Assembly: GCA_045543895.1 (NCBI GenBank)
Contig: JAZPXW010000146.1
Span: 1-39,193, forward strand
Direction of reading: 5' to 3'
DNA from: Faecousia sp.
Lineage (GTDB): Bacteria; Bacillota; Clostridia; Oscillospirales; Oscillospiraceae
Length of the DNA: 39,193 bases
In this document: positions 9,130 through 19,631 of the stretch, piece after piece
Position numbering within the stretch: the stretch's first letter is position 1
Layout: each line of letters starts with the position of its first letter
The notes under the pieces: generated by a model
What the model was told of the DNA's origin: nothing
The model's input: the letters and a program-made list of their open reading frames with translations, nothing else
The model's database searches: none
Program-made: the position numbers and the translations under genes

Positions 9130-10485
9130 ATGAAGATCGTGATCATAGGCCTTGGCACCATCGGCCGGACCATACTGAAAAACCTGTCCAACGAGGGACA
9201 TACCGTCACCATCATCGACGAGGACAAGGCAAAAATTGAAAACCTTATTGAAAGGTACGATGTTTTCGGCGTTGTGGGCAACGGCGCCAGCATGGAGATT
9301 CAGCAGGAAGCCGGCGTGAAGGATGCCGAGCTGGTGATCGCCCTGACCCGCAGCGACGAGCTGAATATTCTGGCCTGTCTGGTGGCCAAGCGGGTGGGTG
9401 CCAAGAACACCATCGCCCGTGTCAGAAACCCGGACTACCGGAAGCAGATCCTTGACATGAAGGACGATCTGGGTATTTCCATGGTGGTCAACCCGGAGCT
9501 GCAGACCGCGGACGAAATATTCAATCTGGTAAACCTGCCTTCTGTAGTGCAGATCGACCGCTTTGCCGGGGGCAAGGTTTCCCTGGTAGAGGTGGTGGCA
9601 GAGCCGGGCTGCGCCCTGATCGGCGAGACCCTCATCTCCCTGGGCAAGAAGCTCACCACCAAGGTGCTGATCTGCGCGGTGCAGCGGGGCGACGAGGTGA
9701 TCATCCCCTCCGGTCATTTTGAGATCCGCGAGGGTGACCACATCCACTTCACCGCCAACGCTAAAACCCTGGGCGACTTCCTGCGGGAAGTCAATCTGAT
9801 GAAATCCCGGCTGAAAAATGTAATGATCGTAGGCGGCGGACGGATCGGATTTTACCTTGCCGACTCCCTTTCCAAGAAGAAATACAATGTCAAGCTCATT
9901 GAGCAGGATGCCGCCCAGGCCGAAGCCCTGGCCGAGCAGCTGCCCCGGGTTACAGTGGTCTGCGGCAACGGCACCCAGCACGACCTTCTGATGGAAGAGG
10001 GCATCGAGGCCATGGATGCCTTTATCGCGCTGACCAACATCGACGAGGAAAACATCATCGTTTCCATGTTCGCAAATAAGAAAAACGTAAAAAAGACCAT
10101 CACCCAGATCAAGGGTGAGGATCTTTACGGTATGCTGGACGAGCTGGGAGTCAAAAACAATGTTTCCCCCAAGCAGATCGTCGCCGACCGGATCGTCAGC
10201 TATATCCGCGCCCTTGCCAACACGGTAGGCAGTAATGTTCTGACCCTGTACCGCTTGGTTGGCGAGCAGGTAGAGGCGCTGGAGTTTGCCGCCAAAAAGC
10301 AGGAAGCCTTCTACAACAAGCCTCTCAAGGACCTGAAGCTGAAGAAAAACTGTCTGATCGGATGCATCATCCGCCGAAACGAGGTCATTATCCCCGGCGG
10401 TCTTTCCGAGATCCGGCTGGGCGACAATGTGGTGGTGGTGACCACCCACAAAAACTTCGACGACCTGAACGATGTGTTTGAATAA
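9130..10485 (+). CDS. trkA: Trk system potassium uptake protein TrkA (two RCK domains)
   Basis: Begins MKIVIIGLGTIG. Second Rossmann motif VMIVGGGRIG, plus DELNILAC and DEENII. ATG at 9130 is the likely start. Confidence 0.93.
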   Translation: MKIVIIGLGTIGRTILKNLSNEGHTVTIIDEDKAKIENLIERYDVFGVVGNGASMEIQQEAGVKDAELVIALTRSDELNILACLVAKRVGAKNTIARVRNPDYRKQILDMKDDLGISMVVNPELQTADEIFNLVNLPSVVQIDRFAGGKVSLVEVVAEPGCALIGETLISLGKKLTTKVLICAVQRGDEVIIPSGHFEIREGDHIHFTANAKTLGDFLREVNLMKSRLKNVMIVGGGRIGFYLADSLSKKKYNVKLIEQDAAQAEALAEQLPRVTVVCGNGTQHDLLMEEGIEAMDAFIALTNIDEENIIVSMFANKKNVKKTITQIKGEDLYGMLDELGVKNNVSPKQIVADRIVSYIRALANTVGSNVLTLYRLVGEQVEALEFAAKKQEAFYNKPLKDLKLKKNCLIGCIIRRNEVIIPGGLSEIRLGDNVVVVTTHKNFDDLNDVFE

Positions 10486-10494
10486 GGTGATGGT

Positions 10495-12036
10495 ATGAAC
10501 TACAAATACTTAGGTAAGATCCTTGGTAAGATCATGATACTGGAGGGCGCGCTGATGCTCGCTCCTCTGGCTGTCAGCTTGATCTACAGGGAATCTTTAA
10601 CACATATCCTGGCGTTTTTGATACCGATCATCCTTTTGGCAGCGATAGGCTTTGCGCTGCAGCTGCCAAAGCCTGCCCGTAACAGCCTTTACCAAAAGGA
10701 GGGTTTTGCCCTTACCGCTCTGGTATGGATCGTGATGGCGCTGTTCGGCGCCATCCCCTTTGTGATCAACGGTGAGATTCCCAACTATATACACGCCTGC
10801 TTTGAGATCATGTCCGGCTTTACCACCACCGGCGCCAGCATTATCACGGACATCACCGCCTTATCTCACTCCTCCCTATTCTGGCGGAGCTTTTCCCATT
10901 GGATCGGCGGTATGGGCATCCTGGTGTTCGTGCTGATCTTCATCCCGGAAAGTGACGACGGTTCCTCCATGCACCTGCTGCGGGCAGAAAGCCCCGGACC
11001 TCAAGTGGGTAAACTGGCCACCAAGATGCGTGCCACCGCGCGGATCTTGTACCTCATCTATCTGGGACTGACTGTTCTGGAAGTGATCGTGCTGATGCTG
11101 GACAAGCCCATCCCCGGCTATGAAGGAGAGCAGTTCTTCTTCAGCCTGCTTGCCACCTTCGGCTGCGCCGGTACCGGCGGCTTTGGCTTTATCCCCAACA
11201 GCATGGAGCTGTTCCATCCCTTCTCCCAATATGTAATGGCCATTTTCCTGCTGCTGTACGGCATGAACTTCAGCCTGTACTATCTGCTCCTGCTGGGTAA
11301 AATTCGGGATGTGCTGCGTAGCGAAGAGCTGAAAACCTATGTCCTGGTGGTTATTGCGGCAATCGCCCTTATCTTCTTCAGCCTGGTAGGCCGTTTTCAA
11401 GCTTTCCCGCAGACCTACACCACCGAAGAAGCCTTCCGCCACTCCTTGTTCCAGGTGGCATCCTTGCTGACCACCGCAGGCTTCACCACCACTGACTATC
11501 ATGTTTGGCCTGTGCTGGCTACCACTGTTTTGGTGCTGGTCATGTTTATGGGCGGCATGGCAGGCTCCACTGCCGGCGGCATCAAAGTCTCCAGGATCGT
11601 CATAGCCATCAAGGGCGTGTATGTCAATGTGAGAAAGCTGATCAATCCCCGTTATGTTCCCAAGACGAAGCTGGAAGGCAAGACCCTGGATCAAAAAACG
11701 GTCAACGATACCCTTGCATTCGTCACCCTGTACTTCTTCATTCTGCTGGCAACGGTTTTGCTGCTTTCCTTTGACCCGATAAACGGTCAGGTGATCACCG
11801 TCACATCCGATGCCGGTACCTACCAGGTGCAGCACGGGTTCTTCAGCAATTTTTCCGCATCGCTGGCCTGTATCTCCAATGTAGGTCCGGCTTTTGAGGC
11901 GGTAGGTCCCTATGCCAATTATGCCGGTTACAGCGGATTTTCTTTGATCCTTCTCAATTTTGCCATGCTCCTGGGCAGATTGGAGATCCTTCCGGTGCTG
12001 ATCCTGTTCAACAGAAGAACCTGGAAAAAGATTTAA
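10495..12036 (+). CDS. trkH: Trk system potassium uptake membrane protein TrkH
   Basis: Pore motifs SGFTTTGAS, GTGGF, TTAGF and SNVGP. Also WIGGMG, ESPGP and GSTAGGIK. Adjacent to trkA. Confidence 0.93.
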   Translation: MNYKYLGKILGKIMILEGALMLAPLAVSLIYRESLTHILAFLIPIILLAAIGFALQLPKPARNSLYQKEGFALTALVWIVMALFGAIPFVINGEIPNYIHACFEIMSGFTTTGASIITDITALSHSSLFWRSFSHWIGGMGILVFVLIFIPESDDGSSMHLLRAESPGPQVGKLATKMRATARILYLIYLGLTVLEVIVLMLDKPIPGYEGEQFFFSLLATFGCAGTGGFGFIPNSMELFHPFSQYVMAIFLLLYGMNFSLYYLLLLGKIRDVLRSEELKTYVLVVIAAIALIFFSLVGRFQAFPQTYTTEEAFRHSLFQVASLLTTAGFTTTDYHVWPVLATTVLVLVMFMGGMAGSTAGGIKVSRIVIAIKGVYVNVRKLINPRYVPKTKLEGKTLDQKTVNDTLAFVTLYFFILLATVLLLSFDPINGQVITVTSDAGTYQVQHGFFSNFSASLACISNVGPAFEAVGPYANYAGYSGFSLILLNFAMLLGRLEILPVLILFNRRTWKKI

Positions 12037-12043
12037 TCGTCAC

Positions 12044-12073
12044 AAAAAGCCTTGACTTCGGTCAAGGCTTTTT
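12044..12073. terminator. Intrinsic terminator after trkH
   Basis: aaaaagccttgac-ttcg-gtcaaggcttttt: a perfect stem with a cUUCGg loop. Confidence 0.85.
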
Positions 12074-12086
12074 CTGTAAATACCCT

Positions 12087-12114
12087 TTGCATTGTGTTCG
12101 CGGTATGCTATAAT
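12087..12114 (+). promoter_or_regulatory. Sigma70-type promoter for the second MATE gene
   Basis: TTGCAT (12087-12092), 16 bp spacer, TATAAT (12109-12114) preceded by TGC. Confidence 0.6.
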
Positions 12115-12136
12115 AAGGACAGTTATTTGAAAGAAG

Positions 12137-13498
12137 GTGTCCGCTTTGCGGTCCAGGCAAGCTTCCCTTATTGAGGGCTCCATTTGGAAAGCCATGCTGC
12201 TTTTTGCCCTACCGGTGTTTCTCGGCAATGTGTTCCAGCAGCTTTACAACGCATTCGACGCCTGGTGCGTCGGCAATTACATAGGTGACGATGCCCTGGC
12301 AGCGGTCAGCTCCTCCGGCAGTCTGATCTTCCTGATGGTCAGCTTCTTTAACGGTGTCGCTATGGGCGCAGGCGTGGTGATCGCCCGGGCCTTTGGCGCA
12401 CGGCAGTACGACACCATGCGAAAGGCCATCCACACCGCCATTGCCTTTGGTCTGGTCACCGGCGCGGTGCTGACTGTCACCGGTGTGGCGCTGACCCCCA
12501 CCATTCTCCGCTGGATGGGTACCCCGGCAGATGTGCTGCCCCAATCCATCGAATATTTCCGTTACTACTTCTGCGGTGCGATCTTTACGGTGATGTATAA
12601 CATTTTCGTGGGCATCCTCCACGCGGTGGGTGACAGCCGGCATCCCCTTTACTATCTGATCTTCGCCGCCTGCATCAATGTGCTACTCGATATGCTGTTT
12701 GTAGCGGTGCTGGGTCTTGGCGTGGGCTCTGCCGCCATCGCCACCACCATCTCCCAGGGAGTCAGCGCCGCTTTGTGCTTTATACATCTGCTGCGGGTCG
12801 ACGCACCCTACCGGGTCCGCTTCCGGGATATCCGCTTCCACGGGGAAAGCCTCCGGCAGATCGTCCGCTACGGTCTGCCCTCGGGTGTGCAGAACAGCGT
12901 CATCGCCCTTGCCAATGTATTCGTTCAGAGCAACATCAACAGCTTCGGCAAGGCGGCTATGGCAGGCTGCGGTTCCTACTCCAAGCTGGAGGGCTTCGCC
13001 TTCCTGCCGGTCACCTGCTTTACCCAGGCCATCTCCACCTTTGTGGGACAAAACCTTGGCGCAGGGCAGCATGCCAGAGTGAAAAAAGGCATCGCTTTCG
13101 GCGTGGTGTGCAGCTGTCTGATGGCAGAGGTGATCGGCGTGCTTTCTTATATGTTCGCGCCTCAGCTCATCGGCTTTTTCAGCGAAACTCAGGAGGCCAT
13201 CGGCTTTGGCACTCAGCATATGCGCACCATCTGCCTGTTCTATTTCCTGCTGGCCTTCTCCCATTGCATCGCGGCTGTGATGCGCGGCGCAGGAAAGGCC
13301 ACCGTGCCCATGTTTACCATGCTGCTTTGCTGGTGTGTGATCCGGGTGACCTATATTTCCATCGCTGTGAAATATGTCAATCAGCTCACCACCGTCTCCT
13401 GGGCATATCCCCTCACCTGGGCGCTGAGCAGCATCGTCTTCCTCATTTATTTCCTGAAGGCTGACTGGATACACAATTTTGACAAAGAAAAGGCTTGA
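12137..13498 (+). CDS. MATE family efflux transporter
   Basis: 453 aa, GTG start. Motifs GNVFQQLYN..D, GDSRHPLYYL, NVLLD..FV...GVGSAAIAT and FVGQNLGA. Confidence 0.92.
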   Translation: MSALRSRQASLIEGSIWKAMLLFALPVFLGNVFQQLYNAFDAWCVGNYIGDDALAAVSSSGSLIFLMVSFFNGVAMGAGVVIARAFGARQYDTMRKAIHTAIAFGLVTGAVLTVTGVALTPTILRWMGTPADVLPQSIEYFRYYFCGAIFTVMYNIFVGILHAVGDSRHPLYYLIFAACINVLLDMLFVAVLGLGVGSAAIATTISQGVSAALCFIHLLRVDAPYRVRFRDIRFHGESLRQIVRYGLPSGVQNSVIALANVFVQSNINSFGKAAMAGCGSYSKLEGFAFLPVTCFTQAISTFVGQNLGAGQHARVKKGIAFGVVCSCLMAEVIGVLSYMFAPQLIGFFSETQEAIGFGTQHMRTICLFYFLLAFSHCIAAVMRGAGKATVPMFTMLLCWCVIRVTYISIAVKYVNQLTTVSWAYPLTWALSSIVFLIYFLKADWIHNFDKEKA

Positions 13499-13517
13499 CC
13501 GATGGGTCAAGCCTTTT
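13488..13517. terminator. Bidirectional terminator between the MATE gene and mal
   Basis: aaaaggcttgacc-gatg-ggtcaagcctttt, overlapping the MATE stop codon. Confidence 0.8.
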
Positions 13518-13529
13518 TTCTTATGTACA

Positions 13530-14789
13530 TTAAGCCTTAAAGTTCTTCTTGGCCTTGCGGATGGCGATGATTCGGTTCATTTCGTTATACACGATCATGT
13601 AGCCCTCATCCACGCCCATGCCGGGCTTTGCCAGGATCTGCACAGGCTGGGTAGCCATAGCGCAGTGGACACAGACCTGTGCGCTGCGGTCGGTCTCGTT
13701 GCAGGTACCGCCCTGGTATGCGCCGATGCCCTTCTCCTTGCAGTAGAGAACGGCCTCGATGGTGTTGTTGATGCCGCCCAGGTCGGGGGTCTTGATCTGG
13801 ACCATGTGGCCTGCCTTGCGGTCGGCAAACTCCTTGATGTCCTCCAGGGTGTTGCACCACTCGTCGGCGACCAGCTCTACATCACAGCCGCGCTTATCCA
13901 GCTCTGCGGTAAGACCTGCCAGAGCGACCACCTGGGTCTCACGGTCGCAGTCGCAGTCCATGGGGCCTTCAATGCGCAGGTGGAAGGGCTTTGCGATCTC
14001 GCCCAGCTTCTCGATGTAATCGGCCATAGCGACATAGTTGTTATTGCCGAAAGCAGCGCCGATGGTGCCGTAAACGTCCATGTGGAACACAGGCAGGTAA
14101 TCTTCGCTGGTGCGGTTTTCCAGAATGCGGTCACGCAGCCAGGCAATATACTCAGCCAGCTTTTCGCCGTTCTTGCCCAGCTTCTCTTCCACATGGTTGA
14201 TGAGAGCGTGGGGCAGCACCTGAGCGCCCTTGATGATCATCTTGTCCGCATTGACATAGCGGTCGTCACCGGACTGGGTGAAGATGTCGATGGGAGTCTC
14301 GGAAACGGTGCAGCCATACTCGTCGGCGACCACTTCGCACATCATACGGCCGGTAGCCTTTGCCACAGCGTCCAGGATAGCCTGGGACAGACCGTAACGG
14401 ATGGCGGTGTGCAGGCGCTTGCCGTTTACTTCGATGGCTTCCATCATGGCGCACAGGCCACGGAAGTCATTTGCTTCCTTACCCACCAGCTGGGGCTTGA
14501 TAAACTGATCGATCACGGGGATAAAGTCCTCAGCCAGGAACAGGGGATCCCGTCCGCCTGCGCCGGAATACTGCACAGCGGCGCAATCGCCAAAGGCAAT
14601 CTGACCGTCCTCCAGCACCAGCATCACAGAGATGCTCTCACCGGCCTGGCGGACAGAGCGGAAGCCCTCGGTCACAGGAGCGCCCACATAGAACATACCG
14701 TCGTGACCGGCACCCTGCTTGATGGCACGCTGATCGTCGAAATAGAAGCCGGTGCGTCCGGCGGAGCAAACAACATCAATAATTTTCAT
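13530..14789 (-). CDS. mal: Methylaspartate ammonia-lyase
   Basis: Motifs GFYFDDQRAIK, GDCAAVQYSGAGGRDPLF, LHTAIRYGLSQA, QSGDDRY, LPHALIN, DVYGT, IEGP, ADEWCNT, QIKTPDLG, GGTCNETD and KPGMGVDEG. Immediately downstream of glmE. Confidence 0.96.
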   Translation of the reverse strand: MKIIDVVCSAGRTGFYFDDQRAIKQGAGHDGMFYVGAPVTEGFRSVRQAGESISVMLVLEDGQIAFGDCAAVQYSGAGGRDPLFLAEDFIPVIDQFIKPQLVGKEANDFRGLCAMMEAIEVNGKRLHTAIRYGLSQAILDAVAKATGRMMCEVVADEYGCTVSETPIDIFTQSGDDRYVNADKMIIKGAQVLPHALINHVEEKLGKNGEKLAEYIAWLRDRILENRTSEDYLPVFHMDVYGTIGAAFGNNNYVAMADYIEKLGEIAKPFHLRIEGPMDCDCDRETQVVALAGLTAELDKRGCDVELVADEWCNTLEDIKEFADRKAGHMVQIKTPDLGGINNTIEAVLYCKEKGIGAYQGGTCNETDRSAQVCVHCAMATQPVQILAKPGMGVDEGYMIVYNEMNRIIAIRKAKKNFKA

Positions 14790-14801
14790 AATTTATTCTC
14801 C

Positions 14802-16253
14802 TTAATACTTCGGTCTGCCTACTAAGCGGCCCTTGCCGATGGCGTACACATCGTCGATGACCATCTGGAAGGAAGCCTTGCGCTTCTCTGCCATGGCTCT
14901 TTCGTAGATCTTGGTCTCGTGGAAGTCCTTCAGGTACTTATCGAAGGGCAGGTTGCCGGGGTTGAGGATGCGGATCGCGCCGTTGTTGTCACGGCAGGGC
15001 AGCATCAGACCGGCATTGAAGCGGCAGGGAGCAAAGGGTACATCCAGCACACCGGCCTCTACGCCACGGCATACGCCTACTGCGACGTCGCCATTGCCCA
15101 GCTCGATGCACTTATCCACGATGCAGCGGGTCTCCAGACGGATGATCTCCTTCTCCTCTTCCAGGTGTCTGTCGTGATAGCTTTGGTCAGCCATCATGTT
15201 GACCACCTGCTTGGTGCAGCGCAGACCCTGGGCGTTGGCTTCCATGGTGGGGATGCCCACAGCCTCGTGGGGAGTCTTGACAATGACCTTGGTGGCCTTT
15301 GCCAGAGCAGCGGTCAGGCTGCCGGAGGAAATAACGCCGAATGCCTTTGCCTCGTCAGCGGGGAAGCCGCCCATCCACTGGTGCAGAACGGTGGTCACCT
15401 GCACATCGTGGTAGCCGAACTTCTGCAGATACTCGTCGGTCAGCTCCTGGAGGGTACGGATGGCAGCGATATCCTGCACCAGGTTGCCGCACTGACCGTA
15501 GCCAACGGTGATGTTCTTAACGCCCTGCTCAGCAGCCAGCAGCGCCTCGATAATGGCAGCGGAATGGGAGATGCACGGAGGCACCAAAGTGCCGGTGAGA
15601 GGACCGTAGGGCTCACGGTTTATGGAAACGCCCATCTCCTCGTACAGACCGGTCAAACGGTCCACATACTGCCAATCCCGGATGGTACGCTCCATGGGAA
15701 TGTTCTTGCAGTAGGGCAGGTTGTAGGAAACACCGCCGCCCTCGTAGCTGGTGTAGCCGCCGGCCAGAGTGATCTCCGCCAGGAGTCTTGCGTCGGGTGT
15801 GCCATGGCGCACCTGCATAGGGACATTGACGCTCTCTACCACACGGCGGCAGGTAGCCACACCCTGGTTGACTGCGGGGAAGCCGTTGAGCATAGCGCGG
15901 CCCAGACGAATGGACTCCGCGATGCCGTTTTCTGCCTCCTGGTAACGGTTCTGACGGGTGTAGCTGTCAATAGTGGAGGGCAGCAGGTCTGCCTCGCCTT
16001 CCTTTTCCAGGTACTGCATCAGCTTAATATGCTCTTCCACCACCGGAACACCGGCACGGGGCTGCACCAGAGTGCGTCCGTCACGCTTGGCATCCAGAAG
16101 CTTCTGGGAGAAATTCCGGGATGCGGGCATGGATTTGTGATAGGCAACTGCCTCCTGCAGGTCCACAGCGCTGCCGGTAGGCCACTGGGCCAGAACCTCT
16201 TTGCGAAGCTGTTCGAACTCCCCTTCCGGGATCCGCTTATTTTGAATGTCCAT
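14802..16253 (-). CDS. glmE: Glutamate mutase epsilon subunit (methylaspartate mutase E)
   Basis: ATG at 16253 after AAGGAG. Motifs [59 protein letters not shown] and HQWMGGFP. Confidence 0.96.
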   Translation of the reverse strand: MDIQNKRIPEGEFEQLRKEVLAQWPTGSAVDLQEAVAYHKSMPASRNFSQKLLDAKRDGRTLVQPRAGVPVVEEHIKLMQYLEKEGEADLLPSTIDSYTRQNRYQEAENGIAESIRLGRAMLNGFPAVNQGVATCRRVVESVNVPMQVRHGTPDARLLAEITLAGGYTSYEGGGVSYNLPYCKNIPMERTIRDWQYVDRLTGLYEEMGVSINREPYGPLTGTLVPPCISHSAAIIEALLAAEQGVKNITVGYGQCGNLVQDIAAIRTLQELTDEYLQKFGYHDVQVTTVLHQWMGGFPADEAKAFGVISSGSLTAALAKATKVIVKTPHEAVGIPTMEANAQGLRCTKQVVNMMADQSYHDRHLEEEKEIIRLETRCIVDKCIELGNGDVAVGVCRGVEAGVLDVPFAPCRFNAGLMLPCRDNNGAIRILNPGNLPFDKYLKDFHETKIYERAMAEKRKASFQMVIDDVYAIGKGRLVGRPKY

Positions 16254-17628
16254 AGTATTCAAGCTCCTTTTTCATAATTCGCAGGGCTGTTTCGGGATAA
16301 TAGCCGCTGAGCAGTCCCATCGCAGCCAAAATATACTTTCTGTCCACCCAGACTCCCGCATCCTTGGGACGCAGAGAACCGGGCTGCGCCGGGTCGTAAA
16401 GGGCATGGGCAGCGATCTCCTCGGTGCGCTTGGTGTGAATGAGGCTGCCGCCGGTGACTACGATCTGTCCGATCTTTGTCAGGTTCTTGCCCTCCTGTAC
16501 ATAGGTAAGGCCCATCATGGTATAGGTCTCGGAAATGCTGCCTGCATGGCGGGTCACCGCTTCCCGGGTGGCGCAGCAGGCCAGAGCGTGATCCAGCATT
16601 TCCAGCTCCGGATCTCCATCCGGCACCGTATCGGGTTTTTCCCGCAGCTGAGCCACCAGTTCCTTGACCCGGTCTTTTGTCAATCCGGAAATCCGGCTGA
16701 CTGCATCCGCGCCAGCTGCATCCACAATACCCTGAGCGCTGTAGCGCATACCGATGTCACCCTCCACCGTACGCTTGGCGTAGGGTTCGGGCAGGCCCTT
16801 ATAAACTGTATTCATATGCTCGGGCATACCATCGGCGATGGAATACACGTCGGTGGTCGCACCGCCTACATCCACCGCCACCAGCTCACCGATACCGGAC
16901 TCACCCTCGCAGCCGTCTGCCAGCAGCTCCATAGCCGCCAGCACCGCAGAAGGTGTGGGCATCATAATATCCGACAGCAGCTGGGCAGCCTTACTAAGAC
17001 CCTTGGCCTGGATGATCCGGTTGAGGAATATCTCCCGGATCTGCTTTTGGGTCGGCTCAATGTCCAGCACGCCGAATTTGGGCATCACATTGGGGCAGAC
17101 ATACACCTCGCACCCGGAAAGGATCCGCTGGCACTCCCGGGCTGCTACCCGGTTGCCAGCCACCACAACGGGGAATTCCGGCTGCATCGTGGCAAGCATC
17201 CTGGCATTGTGGAGAATGCAATCGGTGTCGCCGCCGTCGGTGCCGCCCACCAGCAGGAAAATATCCGGCTTTGCCGCCCGGATCTCCTCCAGGTCATCCT
17301 CGGTCATCTGGAAGGCGTACACACCCACCACTTTTGCGCCTGCGCCCAGGCTTGCCAGCCTTGCGGCTTCACCGGTCAGCTCCGGCACCAGGCCGCTGGT
17401 GATCATCCGAAGACCGCCGGCGGCAGAAGAGCAGGCATAGGTGGCATCATACTCCAGCTTGCCGATCTTCTCTTCCAGCTGCTGCCGTGCCTTTTCCAAA
17501 CCGAAGTTAATGTCCGTTTCCACGGTGGTATAGGCCGCCGCTGTTCCCAGAAGGGTCTCCCCTTCCACATCCACAGCGGTCAGCTTGGTGTAGGTGCTGC
17601 CAAAGTCTATCAGTAAGACAGGCTTCAC
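16237..17628 (-). CDS. glmL: Glutamate mutase accessory/reactivating ATPase GlmL (clostridial MutL, not the mismatch-repair protein)
   Basis: Motifs [41 protein letters not shown] and [13 protein letters not shown]. Lies between glmS and glmE. Confidence 0.93.
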   Translation of the reverse strand: MKPVLLIDFGSTYTKLTAVDVEGETLLGTAAAYTTVETDINFGLEKARQQLEEKIGKLEYDATYACSSAAGGLRMITSGLVPELTGEAARLASLGAGAKVVGVYAFQMTEDDLEEIRAAKPDIFLLVGGTDGGDTDCILHNARMLATMQPEFPVVVAGNRVAARECQRILSGCEVYVCPNVMPKFGVLDIEPTQKQIREIFLNRIIQAKGLSKAAQLLSDIMMPTPSAVLAAMELLADGCEGESGIGELVAVDVGGATTDVYSIADGMPEHMNTVYKGLPEPYAKRTVEGDIGMRYSAQGIVDAAGADAVSRISGLTKDRVKELVAQLREKPDTVPDGDPELEMLDHALACCATREAVTRHAGSISETYTMMGLTYVQEGKNLTKIGQIVVTGGSLIHTKRTEEIAAHALYDPAQPGSLRPKDAGVWVDRKYILAAMGLLSGYYPETALRIMKKELEYYGHSK

Positions 17629-18059
17629 ACTGCCTCACCATCCATATGTAACAGCTCACGCAGAGCCTCGATGGTGGTTTCGGGAGCAGTGCCGGGAGGG
17701 AATGCGCGGTCAAAGCCCATGTCCTTGAAGCGGCGCACCACGTCCTCAAACTTCTGCTTGCCGATGACGATATTGCCGCCCACCAGCAGGGGGATTCCCT
17801 TCAGGCCGGCCTCGTCGCACTTTTCCCGCATACCGCGGCAGTCCAGCTCGCCCTGGCCATAGAGAGAGGAGATCACGATGGCATCTGCCTTGGATTCGAT
17901 GGCTGCGGCGATGTATTCCTCCTGGGCCACCATAACGCCCAGGTTGATCACCTCGAAGCCCGCCTCGGTGAAGGCATGGTAAAGGATCTTGTTGCCAACC
18001 GCGTGGACATCCGCGCCAATGACGCCGATGACCAGCACTTTCTTGTCACGAGTTTCCAT
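17625..18059 (-). CDS. glmS: Glutamate mutase sigma (cobalamin-binding) subunit
   Basis: B12-binding DxHxxG motif (DVHAVG), SSLYGQG and VGGN. First gene of the glm operon. Confidence 0.95.
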   Translation of the reverse strand: METRDKKVLVIGVIGADVHAVGNKILYHAFTEAGFEVINLGVMVAQEEYIAAAIESKADAIVISSLYGQGELDCRGMREKCDEAGLKGIPLLVGGNIVIGKQKFEDVVRRFKDMGFDRAFPPGTAPETTIEALRELLHMDGEAV

Positions 18060-18104
18060 AAAAGCACCTCTGTTTTTCCAATTTTTTATAGTCCTATCTT
18101 ATTA

Positions 18105-18133
18105 ATGCTACAATGCACGAAATCATTTGTCAA
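18105..18133 (-). promoter_or_regulatory. Sigma70-type promoter for glmS-glmL-glmE-mal
   Basis: Minus strand TTGACA (18133-18128), 17 bp spacer, TAGCAT (18110-18105). Confidence 0.65.
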
Positions 18134-18187
18134 GACAGAAAAACCCATATTTCGCTTTTTTGCCGCCCTGTTTTGTGCCGCAGAAAC

Positions 18188-18223
18188 ACCCTGCAGAATT
18201 GCCGCAAAACAATTCTGCAGGGT
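18188..18223 (-). terminator. Hairpin after citF, probable terminator
   Basis: accctgcagaattg / caattctgcagggt, a 14-bp perfect stem just past the citF stop. The U tail is weak. Confidence 0.65.
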
Positions 18224-18230
18224 TGCTGCT

Positions 18231-19631
18231 TTACCGCACATTAAAGATCTGATCCTGCAGGTCGCCGTTGCGTCCGATGACCTCAGCCACCACCCGGTCG
18301 CCCTTGTTCAGAGGGGCAGGACGGCCTGTGATCTTCTCGATCTTATCCTTTAGGTCGTGGATATCGATTACCGGCAGTTTTGCCTCAATCAGCCGCTGCC
18401 GCAGCTCCACTCTCGCGGGATTCACCGCAATGCCGCCCTGGGTCACAAGCACATCCACATCCTTGCCGGGGGTGGAAATGCAGGCCACCCGGTCGGTGAC
18501 GATGGGAAGTCTTGCCCGGAACATGGGGGCAATGATCATAGAGAGCTTGGCGCCGGCTGCGGTATCGCTGTGACCGCCGGAGCCGCCCATAATATAGCCA
18601 TTGGAGTCGGTATGGACATTGACATTGAAGTCGGTGTCGATCTGGGTGGCACCCAGGATCACCACATCCAGGTCATCCACCGCGGAATGCTGACCGGGAG
18701 CAGCGTACTGGATCGCGGAGATTTCCTGATGCCGGGGATCGCTGCGGATGGACTCCACAGCCTTTAAGTCAAAGCACTGCACATCCAATAGCTTCTGGAA
18801 GCAGCCGGCATGGAGCATATCCACCATATACCCGGTGATGCCGCCCAGGCCGAAGCTGCCTTGAATGTTCTTTGCCAGCATGATCTCTTTGAGATATTTT
18901 GCCGCAGCCAGGGAAGCGCCGCCTGCGCCGGTCTGGAAGGCAAAGCCATCCTTTAAGAGACCGGATGCGTCGATCACCTTCGCCGCCAGGGATGCCATTA
19001 CCAGACCCACCGGGTCACGGGTGATCTGGGTGGTGCCGGAAACAATGCCCTTGGGATCGCCAATGGCCTCCACCTCCACCACATAGTCCACATATTCCCC
19101 GGAAATGGAGATCTCCGGAAGCTCGCCATCCACCAGCCCATCGGTGATGACCACCACTTTCTTGGCATACATGGCATCGGCAAAGGCATAGCCCAGGCTG
19201 CCGCAGGCGGATTTTCCCAGCTTTCCGGTGCAGTTGCCGCTGCGGTCTGCCGCAGGAGCAGCCACAAAGGCCACATCGATGGGTGTTCTGCCCAGGGCGA
19301 TGTCCTTGGGTCTGCCGCCGTGGGTACGAAACTGTACAGGCTTTTCCAGAATGCCCCGGGAGATCTCACGGCCCAGCCCGCCGCTGATATAGTCGGCTGC
19401 CAGCCCGGTGACCACACCGCTTTGGATATGTCCCAGCAGAGGCATATGTACATCGAACAGGGAGCTTGCGTTCACCGTAAGGTCACGGATGCCCAATGCC
19501 GCAATCTGTTCCATCACCATATTCAGCACGAAATCTCCGTTTCGCAGATGGTGGTGGAAGGAAACGGTCATGCCGTCCTTTAAGCCGGAAAGGGAAATTG
19601 CCTCCCGGATGGATTTTACCAATTTGCTCAT
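18231..19631 (-). CDS. citF: Citrate/citramalate lyase alpha subunit (acyl-ACP transferase)
   Basis: Motifs GLKDGMTVSFHHHLRNGD, THGGR, SACGSLGYA..DA, FQTGAGGASLA, DVQCFD and GGSGGHSDTA. Confidence 0.93.
   Translation of the reverse strand: MSKLVKSIREAISLSGLKDGMTVSFHHHLRNGDFVLNMVMEQIAALGIRDLTVNASSLFDVHMPLLGHIQSGVVTGLAADYISGGLGREISRGILEKPVQFRTHGGRPKDIALGRTPIDVAFVAAPAADRSGNCTGKLGKSACGSLGYAFADAMYAKKVVVITDGLVDGELPEISISGEYVDYVVEVEAIGDPKGIVSGTTQITRDPVGLVMASLAAKVIDASGLLKDGFAFQTGAGGASLAAAKYLKEIMLAKNIQGSFGLGGITGYMVDMLHAGCFQKLLDVQCFDLKAVESIRSDPRHQEISAIQYAAPGQHSAVDDLDVVILGATQIDTDFNVNVHTDSNGYIMGGSGGHSDTAAGAKLSMIIAPMFRARLPIVTDRVACISTPGKDVDVLVTQGGIAVNPARVELRQRLIEAKLPVIDIHDLKDKIEKITGRPAPLNKGDRVVAEVIGRNGDLQDQIFNVR

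Noticed and set aside
16237-18059. Mismatch-repair mutL/mutS or glucosamine synthase glmS
   Set aside because: Name collision only. The motifs are those of glutamate mutase components.
18060-18230. Cobalamin riboswitch upstream of glmS
   Set aside because: The predicted leader is only about 40 nt and has no B12-box.
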